From NCBI GenBank assembly GCA_963706025.1, contig CAVPLM010000003.1, positions 256,001 through 320,000 on the forward strand: 64,000 nucleotides of DNA. Reading direction: 5' to 3'. Below are positions 42,153-50,795 of the stretch, in pieces. A program made the position numbers and the translations under genes. The stretch's first letter is position 1; each line of letters begins with the position of its first letter. Origin of the DNA: an uncultured Actinomycetes bacterium (GTDB lineage Bacteria; Actinomycetota; Thermoleophilia; RBG-16-64-13). The notes below the pieces were generated by a model. That model saw nothing but the letters and a program-made list of their open reading frames with translations, was not told the origin of the DNA and made no database searches.

Positions 42153-42482
42153 CTAGAGCGTCGACCCGGGGCGGACGTGCACGATAGGGGAGGACCGGGG
42201 TGACTCCCCCCATTCCTCCAGGATCGCTTCGTTCGGTATGGGGAGAGGCTGAGCTCCCATGATCTGGCAACTACGCTCGTACACGCAATCCACTTCATGC
42301 CTGCAATCGCCGGTGGCAACATCAAAGGGCGCATGGCAGAAGTAGCAGCAGAGGGTCCGGAGATCCCACCACTCCATCTTGGCCACGCGCTCTACCACGT
42401 TGCGCATACGGCGCCAATCCCAGGCCAGGTTCTCCACTTCCGCGGACAGCTTCTCAACATCTCGAGGGCTAGGGCGTTCCAT
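42153..42482 (-). CDS. Small Cys-rich hypothetical protein
   Basis: GGAG-like RBS; CCYFCH...CRHEVDC. Confidence 0.55.
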   Translation of the reverse strand: MERPSPRDVEKLSAEVENLAWDWRRMRNVVERVAKMEWWDLRTLCCYFCHAPFDVATGDCRHEVDCVYERSCQIMGAQPLPIPNEAILEEWGESPRSSPIVHVRPGSTL

Positions 42483-42710
42483 TCCCGTTCTCCGTGGCCG
42501 AGATACTTCCAGGACGACCGATGCGTCGTTCGTCCTTGCGATTCATATCGGCAGAAATGGCCGCGAGGAAAAGACGGACGCCGAAAAGAACGGCTCAAGG
42601 CGGCCAAGACTCCATTTCGAAACGAGTTCCAAGCGGTATGGGGCGAGGGGAGTGGTGCCCGGAGACCTCTTCCTCCGCCGGAATCGTCGACGTGAGGCGG
42701 CTATTCCATA

Positions 42711-43191
42711 TCAGATGAACAGGTTGACGTTCGCCTCGTCGGCTTCGCCGAGATAGGCGGCAACGCCCTCGTATTCGACGCCGTCGAGCAACTCTTCTTT
42801 TTTGAAGCCCATCATGTCCATGGTCATGGTGCATGCCACCAACTTGACGCCTTGCTCCCTGGCGCTCGCGAGCAGGTCTTCGAGCGGCATGGCGCCTTCC
42901 GCCTTCATGACTATCTTCATCATGGGGACGCCCATGCCGGCAGAAGTTCATCTTCGAAAGCTTCAACTTGCCGACGCCGCGAGGCATCATCTTGCCGAAC
43001 ATGACCTGCAGGAAGCTCTTTCCGGAGACCTTGATCTTCTCCGGCTTGCGGAGGAGGTTGAGGCCCCAGAAGGTGCAGAAGATGGTCACGTCGTCACCCA
43101 TGGCGGCGGCGCCATTGGCGATGATAAGGGCCGCCATCGCTTTGTCGAAGTCGCCGCTGAAAAGGATGATGGTCTTCTTGGTGGTGTCCAC
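42711..43191 (-). CDS. DsrE2-like sulfurtransferase (DsrE/DsrF/DrsH family); frameshift near 42940
   Basis: IILFSGDFDKAMAALIIANGAAAMG..TFWGL, LSKMNF and VACTMTMDMMG motifs. Confidence 0.88.
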
Positions 43192-43239
43192 TTCTCTTTC
43201 CTCCTCCTATACGGTTCTTCGACGTGTGATCCTGCGGAT

Positions 43240-44404
43240 CTAGGCGACCGGTTCGGTCTGGGTGTCGCCCGGCATACCCTCGGTCGCTGGCAGCGGCGCG
43301 ATCTGCTCACGCAGCACCGAGAAATACATGGCCAACGGGCGATAGGCCATGTGCGACCACTTGCTGAACGGGCACTTCCAGCCCAAGCATTGGGACCACC
43401 GCCATGAGATGCACGACATACGAGACGTTTGCGGCCACGTCGGCGCCCCACGGTGCAGCACGTGCTGTAGGATGCCCGTCGCCGCCACGATGATCAGGAG
43501 AACGAGGAACATCCAGTCGCTCTCGTGCGAGTGCCTGTAGTGCTCCTCCACCTTCTTGATCCGGCCGCGCAGCGCATAGATGGTCGCGCCCAGCAGCCCG
43601 ACGCTCGCCAGATAGCCAAACGCGTGCACACGCCAGTCGATCTCGGGACCGGACCACATGCGATCGAGGAAGAACATGATGAGCATGAGCATGGTCACGT
43701 AGCTGAGCATAAGCATCAGGTGCAGGATCCACGGCCGTTTCTGTTGCACTGCGCGTAGCGCTTCTGAGTCATGAAGTGGAGCGGGAAGAGATAGAGAGCC
43801 CTTGACGTACGCCAAGGGCGGTAGCCGCCCCGTGCGGGACCCGCCCACCGTGTCGCGCCCCAGCGTGAACCACCACATGCGGGCGCAGTTGGGAAGCAGA
43901 AAGGCAAGGAGAAAAGCCGCCAGGAGCCAGTCGAAGATGTGGATGGTGCTCGCCGGCAGGAAAGCGTCGGGCCCGTGTACTGGTGGATGTCGCCCTGGAG
44001 GAGGCCGAAAAGGTGAAACCAAGGCCGGTGAGGAGCGCCACCACCACCACGGCGATGATCTCGGTCTACGGGCGCCGGTAGAACATCCGGCCGATGCCGG
44101 TGAAGTCGTAGCGCGAGGTCAACCAGCGGCGCAGGCTCATCATGGTCTCGCCCGGTTGGGCCTCCCGCGGGCACTCCGTCGAGCACTCGCCGCAGTAGTA
44201 GCAGAGCCAGGGCTCGAGGCTGCTCTCGAGCTTCTTCTCCATGCCCATCTGGAGGGCGTGCATGCACTTGCGCGGGAAGTTGTACGACTGGTCGATGAGC
44301 GAGCAGGTCGCCGTGCAGTTACCGCAGTTGTAGCACTTCTGCACATCCTCGGCTCCGTAGAGAGCCAAGTCGTCGATGAAGCCGGGATTCACCCTGGTGG
44401 TCAT
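43240..44404 (-). CDS. QmoC-like protein (HdrC-type 2x4Fe-4S plus membrane cytochrome b-like domain); several frameshifts
   Basis: CYNCGNCTATC and WLCYYCGECSTECP; TM parts with WILHLMLM, DWMFL and PFSKWSHMAYRPLA. Confidence 0.75.
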
Positions 44405-44685
44405 GGTTCGTCTCTCTCGATCGCCTGGTATCGGAAGTAGCCCTCGTCGGTGACCTCTTTGACCTCGCGCCACGTAGCCGTATTTGCGCATGCCCATCAC
44501 CCAGAAGGTCACCTCGAAGGTGGGCCTACCTAGGCCTTCCGCGATCTCGGGGATGGTAAGGGGCTCGGTCGGCGAGCAGCCTCAGGATGCGGCCCCGCAT
44601 GAGGTGCTCGTCACGGATGACCTCGCGGACCTCGCGGTTCTGGGAGCGGCTCATGCCGGCGACGCCTGGCATCGGTAGCGCTCAT
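44401..44685 (-). CDS. Small winged-helix protein, frameshifted
   Basis: Reconstructed as REVIRDEHLMRGRILRLL..PLTIPEIAEGLGRPTFEVTFWVMGMRKYGYV..EVTDEGYFRY. Confidence 0.6.
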
Positions 44686-46543
44686 GCCGGTACCTCCGCC
44701 GGCTCCTCCGTCCAGCAGGCCGTCGATCATGGCCCGGATCTGCGCGTCGGTGTAGCCCTCCAGGTCGATGGCGTCCTTGGGGCAGACCGGCACGCAGCCC
44801 CCGCAGCCCTTGCAGGCGGTCTTGTCGATGAAGGCGACGGCCTTGCCGTTCTCGTCGATCTGCCGCGGCGCTTCGTAGGGGCAGGCCTCCAGACAGAGGC
44901 CGCACCAGGTGCAGTCGTCGGTGTCGACCATGGCGACCAGCGGGTCCAGTTCCGCATAACCGCGCTTGAGGATGGAGGCGCTCTGGGTCACCGCGGCTAG
45001 GCCCGAGGCCACGGCTTCGGCGGAGTTCCTCGGGCCTGGCAGGCGCCGCAGATGTACACGCCGTCGACCACGGTCTCGACCGGGCGCAGCTTCGGATGGA
45101 TCTCGTTGAAGAAACCGCCTCTACCCACCGGCAGCTTGAGGGTCTTGATCAGCTCCGTCGTTGGCCCGCGGCACCATGCCGGTGACCAGGACCACGAGGT
45201 CGGCCGGGATCTCCACCTCTTCGCCCTCGCTCGAGAAGGTCGCGGGTGGTCACGAGCAGCTTTCCGCTCTCCGGGTCGCGCGCGCACCGCCGGCGGCTCG
45301 TCGTCGGGCACCTTGACGATAGACAGAGCCCTTGTTCAGGGACTCGTCGTAGAGCAACTCGTACTTGCCGTAGGTCCGTACGTCGCGGTGCAGGTGGTAT
45401 TGGTGCACCTTTCCCGGTTTGGCCGCCACCTGAGTGAGGCGTGCACGGCCGCGGTGCAGCAGTAGCGGGAGCAGTACTCGTTGGGCGCTCTCCACGTCGG
45501 CATCCTGCCGGCTCCCGACGCAGTAGATGTAGGCCATGGTCCCGACCGGCTTCCCGCCGATACTGAAGGGACCCTCTCTCTACGTCGACGAGCCGCTTGA
45601 ACTCGGGGAGCGTGACCACGCCATCGAGGCCGTAGCCGAACTCATCCTCGGCTACCTGGTAGGCGTCGAAGCCCGTGGCCACGATGATCGAGCCCGACCT
45701 GCACCGTGATGGTCTCGGGTCGCCGGCGTTCTCCGCCGGCTTCTCGCGGCTCACCTGTATAGGCGACCTCGTAATTGCCGAAACTGCCCGGCCTTGCCGA
45801 CCACCTCGGCATTCGTGAACACGGTGATGTCGGGGTGCTCGCGGACCTTGTCCATCAACCGGCCGATCAGCTCTCGGCCGTTCTTGCCGTGCGGGTACAT
45901 CTCTCCGAAGCCGCCCGCCCAGCCGCCGAGCTGCTCTTCCTTCTCCACGAGAAAGACGGCCAGCCCGATCTCGGCCAAACCCAGGGCGGCCCTCAGACCG
46001 GCTATGCCGCCCCCGATCACCACCGCCTTCGGGACCGTCTCGACGACGATCGGCTCGAGAGGAACGGTGAGGCGGGTGCGGCCGATGCCGGCCTTCACCA
46101 GCTGGGAGGCCTTGCGGGTGGCGCCTTGGTAGTCGTCGGTATGCGTCCAGGAGCATTGCTCCCGGACGTTCACCTGGGTGTATTGGTAGGGGCTGAGCCC
46201 GGCCCGCTTCGCGACTTCCCGGAAGGTGAAGGTGTGCAGCTTTGGCGAGCACGAAGCCACCACGATGCCATCGAGGTTCTGCTCCTTGATGTCCTTGATG
46301 ATCTCCTGCTGGCTGGCGTCGGAGCAGGTGAACATGGCCGTCTTGGCCACGACCACGTCGGGATCGGACTGGACGGAGGCCACCACTTTGTCCACGTCCA
46401 CATAGTCGGAGATGTTGCCCCCGCAGTGGCAGACGTAGACCCCGATGCGCCGCTTGCCGCCGGTCGTCGCTTGGCCTGCTGCGTCGCCGGCCATCGCGGT
46501 GTCGCTCGCGCTCATCGCGCCGTTGGTGCTCGGCGTCGGTCAT
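44682..46543 (-). CDS. hdrA: HdrA/QmoB-like flavoprotein; multiple frameshifts
   Basis: IGVYVCHCGGNI, ASCSP, NVREQCSW, GGGIAG, YCVGSR and HPKLRPVET; C-terminal CTWCGLC/CKGCGGC ferredoxin. Confidence 0.85.
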
Positions 46544-49229
46544 GGCGCCACCCTCGCCTTCTCGAGGTGAGCCGCGGCTTGAGCCACTGCGGCGCCCGCG
46601 TGAAGGATGGAGTCGGGGATGTCCTTGACCCCGGAAGCGGAGCCCGCGACGTAGACGCCGGGGATGTTAGTCGCCCCGGGGTTCAGGTCCTCCTCCGGCT
46701 CTCCCACGTAGAAGTAGTCGTCCAACTCCAGCTCGCCATCGGGGAAGAGCCGACGCAAGCCGTCGCTGGGGCGGACGCCGACCGCAAGCACGACGAGGTC
46801 GTGCTCGGCCTCGACTGAGCGCCCCGTTTTCGATGTCCTCGTAGCGCAGGACCAGGTTCCCATCCTCCTTCTCCGTGATCTCGGCCACGCGACCCTTAAC
46901 GAAGTTGGCCCCCATGGCCTTGGCCTGCTCGTAGAACTCGTTGTAGCCCTTGCCGACCGCGCGGATATCCATGTAGTACACGGTGACGTCTGCCAGCGGT
47001 AGGGCCCCCATGATCAATTGGTTCTGCTTGATCGAGTACATGCAGCAGATGCGCGAGCAGAGCGGGTTGTCCACCGTCTCGTCGCGGGAGCCGGTGCAGA
47101 GGATGTAGGCTATGCTGTCGGGCACTTTGCCGTCCCCCGGTCGCAGGACGCCGTTGTAGGGGCGGGTGGGAGCCAGGAGTCGGTCCATCTGCATCCCGGT
47201 GATGACGTTCTTGTACTTGCCATAGCCGTATTGCGGCTTCAGGTCGGCCGGGAAGAGCGTGTAGCCGGTGGCCACGATGACCGTGTCCACCTCGGCCTCC
47301 GATCTCGCTTCCCTGCATGTCCAGATGGATACACTCGGGCGGGCAGATCTTGACGCACTGCTGGCATTCGGAGCACACCCCGCAGTCCAGGCAGCGGCTC
47401 GCGCTCTGGAGCGCCTCTTCTTCGGTCATGGTCTGCTCGTCCGGGTAGAACTCGCCCGGCGACCAGTTTCCCGGTCTCGCGTTGGAGCCGGCGGCTCGAT
47501 CCGGCTGTAGGTCGATTGCCTCGCCAGAACTGTCTCCTTGTCCACGGTCGGGAGCGTGCCGTCGAACAGGGCAGGGTCGAAGAGCCTGTCCTTGGAGCCA
47601 GCGATCGAGCATGAAAGCCGCCCGGCGGCCTTGCCCCGCGGCTGATGTGATCATCGAGGGCCCCAGAACGACGTCACCTGCCGCGAACACGTAAGGCACG
47701 CTGGTTTGCAGCGTCCCTTCGTCAGCTTGAATGGTGCCGCTGCTGTTCACGGGCAGCCCGAATGCGCCGGAATCCGGCCTCATGCCGGCGGCGACGATCA
47801 CCGCGTCACAGGTCAAGCTCCCCGCGGTGCCGTCAGCGTACTTCGGGCTGAACCGTCCTTTGTCGTCGTAGACCGATACGCAACGCATGAGATCGACGCT
47901 GCGCACTGAATCCTCGCCCCCGAAGGCGCGCACTCCGCACGAGTTCTTGAAGGTGACTCCTTCGGCTCGTGCCTCTTCGACCTCTTGCGGGTGAGCAGGC
48001 ATCTCCTGGAGCGATTCGAGACTGAGCTGCTGGACAGATCGAGCGCCATGTCGTAGCGCAGTACGGGCGACGTCGATGGCGACGTTGCCGCCGCCGATCA
48101 CCACGACCCGCTTGTCCTGCACGTCGAGTTCTTCGCCGAGTTTGGCGGCCTTCAGGAAATCGGCGGCGCGCATGACGCCGGGCAGATCCTCCCCGGGGAC
48201 CCGCAGCCTGGTGGCCTGATGGGTGCCTATGGCAAGGAGCACGGCATCGTAGCCCTCAGCCTTCAGGGCCTCGAGGTCGTCCACACGGGAATCGGTCAGG
48301 ATAGTCACGCCAAGGTCGGTGACGTTGGCCACGTCTTCGTCCACGACTTCGTTCGGTAGGCGATAGGGAGGCAGAGCCAAGCGCAGCATGCCGCCGGGCT
48401 GGGATGCCGCCTCGAGTATCGTGACCTCGTACCCCTTGCGCGCCAGATGCCAAGCCGCCGTCAGACCGGCCGGTCCGGATCCCACTATCGCCACCTTCTT
48501 GCCGTTGGGAGGAGCGACCTCCACCGGAGTTCTGTCTTTGGCGTAGTGGGTGTCGGCGATGAATCGCTTCAGCCTGCGGATGGAGAGCGAGCCTTCCAAG
48601 CTGCCGCGGGTGCACTCCTCTTCACACGGCGCGTAGCAGGCTCGACCCAGGCTGCCGACCAGCGGCGTGGCCTCACATACGAGTTCGAAAGCCTTCTCAT
48701 ATTGACCGCTGCGGATAAGCGCTATGTAGCCGTGAGGTTTGATCCCTGCCGGACAGGAGGCCACGCAGGGTGACGTCCCCGCTCGTTCGATCACGGCCTT
48801 CTTCGGCACCGCTTGTGGGAAGGCGATGTAGGCCGCTCGCCGAGAGACCATATCGGCGTTGAACTCGTCCGGCACCGCCACGTTGCAGACCATCTCGCAC
48901 ATGCGGCACCCCGTGCACGCGACAATGTCGACAAACCGGGGCTTCTGACGGATCTTCGCCCGGAAACCGCCGTTCTCCCGCCGGATACCGTCGACCTCCG
49001 CGTACGTGAGGACCGTTACATTCGGATGGTGGATCGTGGCCCCCATCTTGGGAGTGGAGATGCAACTGGCGCAGTCGAGCGTGGGAAAGACCTTGCTGAG
49101 CAAGATCATCCTCCCCCCGACGCTCGCTTCCTTCTCGACGACCAGCACCTGGTAGCCCATGTCACCCAACTTCAGGGCCGACTCCATGCCACCGATGCCG
49201 CTACCGACCACCAAAGCGTCGTACTTCAT
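46540..49229 (-). CDS. HdrL/QmoA-like flavoprotein with inserted GltD-like NAD(P)H oxidoreductase module; frameshifts
   Basis: GSGIGG, KVFPTLDCASC, CTGCRMC, SPCVASCP, GRAC..PCE..C, GSGPAG, GGGNVA, CLDCGVCSEC, CTGSRD..CSRICC. Confidence 0.85.
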
Positions 49230-49661
49230 GCCGCCTCCACTCCGGACGGCTTCCCTGAGGGGCCAAGTCCCGCGAGAGCAGCCGAGAACTCGCGCATGTA
49301 GTTGGTGAACGGCTCGGCGCAGACGGAGCAGATGGCCGCCATCTTCACACGCCTTGCGTCGTGACCCTGCTCCACGAGCAACGTCTGGGCGTCGGTCATG
49401 ATCTTGGCCGTCCGCTCGCTGCAGTCAGGGAGATAGGCGCACTCCTCGCCATCCGCGGCGATGAACACCCCGTCGAATCCCTGCTGGACGGCATAGAGTA
49501 TCCAGCCGGGCTTGATTCCACTCGTGCAGGGGACACTGATGACTACCACGGTAGGTGAGTAGTGCATGTGCGAGCTGCCGGCCAGGTCGATGCCCGGGTC
49601 GGAGATGTTGTTGGTCGAGAAGACCAGTATTTTCGGCGTGAAGCCCTCGCCTTCGGACCAC
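49226..49661 (-). CDS. mvhD: MvhD/FlpD-like iron-sulfur subunit (variant; start region probably frameshifted)
   Basis: PKILVFSTNNISDPGIDLAGSSHMHY..VPCTSGI..GFDGVFIAADGEECAY..AICSVCAEPF. Confidence 0.8.
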
Positions 49662-49678
49662 TTCGGGGTCCCCGATGC

Positions 49679-49951
49679 CTACTTCATTTTCCTGACGAAC
49701 AGCTTCATATAGCCGGGCTCTTCAACGAAACCCAGATACTCGTGCCCCACCTTCTTGGCCCAGGCAGGCAGGTCCTTCTGGGTGCCCGAGTCGGTGGCGA
49801 GGACTTCCATGATCTCCCCTACCTTGACATCGGCCATGCCCTTTTTGGCCGCCAAGATCGGGCCGGGGCAGGAGGTGCCTCGAGCGTCCACGACCTTCTG
49901 GCCCTGAAGTGAGCTGAGGTCGGTTGCTGCGGCGCCGGGCTCTGTGGTCAT
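49679..49951 (-). CDS. tusA: TusA family sulfur carrier
   Basis: VDARGTSCPGPIL and ATDSG motifs. Confidence 0.9.
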   Translation of the reverse strand: MTTEPGAAATDLSSLQGQKVVDARGTSCPGPILAAKKGMADVKVGEIMEVLATDSGTQKDLPAWAKKVGHEYLGFVEEPGYMKLFVRKMK

Positions 49952-49991
49952 TTCTTCTCTCCTTTGCGAGACGAGTTTTGTTCTGGATGCG

Positions 49992-50420
49992 CTAGTGCTG
50001 ACTGCGATCTCCCGGGCGCTCTGAGCTGGGAGCGTCCAGCAGTTCTGCGGCGAGAAGGGATTGGCCCTCCTCGCGATGCTGCTCGAACAAGGCCTGGCGG
50101 ATGAGCGTGCACGCCTGGATGAACTTCGGGTTCGCGATCGAGTAGTAGACTGTCTGGCCATCCTTGCGCGAGCGGACAAGCTGCCGCTGCCTCAGGATGC
50201 GCAAGTGCTGGGAGGCATTGTGTACTGAGATGTCGAGGCCCACCGCGATCTCACCCACGGACCTTTCACCCTCTCTGAGCGCGTACATGATCGCCAAGCG
50301 ATGCTCGTTAGCCAGCGCTTTGCAGAGTTCGGCATGCATGGCAAAGAAGGATCGGGGATCGGGAGACGACGTCCCGCCGTTGTCACCGCCGTAGTTATTG
50401 CTGTCATCCTGTATTTGCAT
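49992..50420 (-). CDS. ArsR/SmtB family regulator
   Basis: CKALANEHRLAI, SVGEIA, ASQHLRILR and GQTVYYSI motifs. Confidence 0.92.
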   Translation of the reverse strand: MQIQDDSNNYGGDNGGTSSPDPRSFFAMHAELCKALANEHRLAIMYALREGERSVGEIAVGLDISVHNASQHLRILRQRQLVRSRKDGQTVYYSIANPKFIQACTLIRQALFEQHREEGQSLLAAELLDAPSSERPGDRSQH

Positions 50421-50427
50421 GTTTGCT

Positions 50428-50456
50428 TATATACTTGATCAGAAGCCTGGTGTCAA
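50428..50456 (-). promoter_or_regulatory. Sigma-70 promoter of the arsR-tusA-hdr operon
   Basis: TTGACA-17 nt-TATATA, 7 nt before the ATG at 50420. Confidence 0.7.
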
Positions 50457-50544
50457 GTTCAGGTGTCTCTCATAGGATTCTGGTTATCGCATGAGCCCCT
50501 CGATTCGTCCCGACGACAACGGGCTCGAGGCTCGGTTGAGTCTA

Positions 50545-50573
50545 TTGACAAGCGAGCCTCTGCGTCCTAGTGT
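50545..50573 (+). promoter_or_regulatory. Sigma-70 promoter upstream of the M6 protease
   Basis: TTGACA-17 nt-TAGTGT; the -35 is flanked by the inverted repeat GAGGCTCG (50527) / CGAGCCTC (50553). Confidence 0.6.
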
Positions 50574-50795
50574 TGGGCGCGCTGACTATGCAGCTTTCTG
50601 ATGCATGTCGGTAGGGAGCCGAGTCCTGAGGGGGCGAGGTACTTTGTGCTGCGGCTGGATGGGCCTGCTTTCGGCGAACCGCCGGATCACAGGAACAGCG
50701 AGCGAGCCGCAGCTTGAGTATCGAACGATCGTTCCGCCGCCTGACCGGCTTTCATACCTTATGCGGGCGCGCCCGAGACTGGAGAGGAGACAGGG

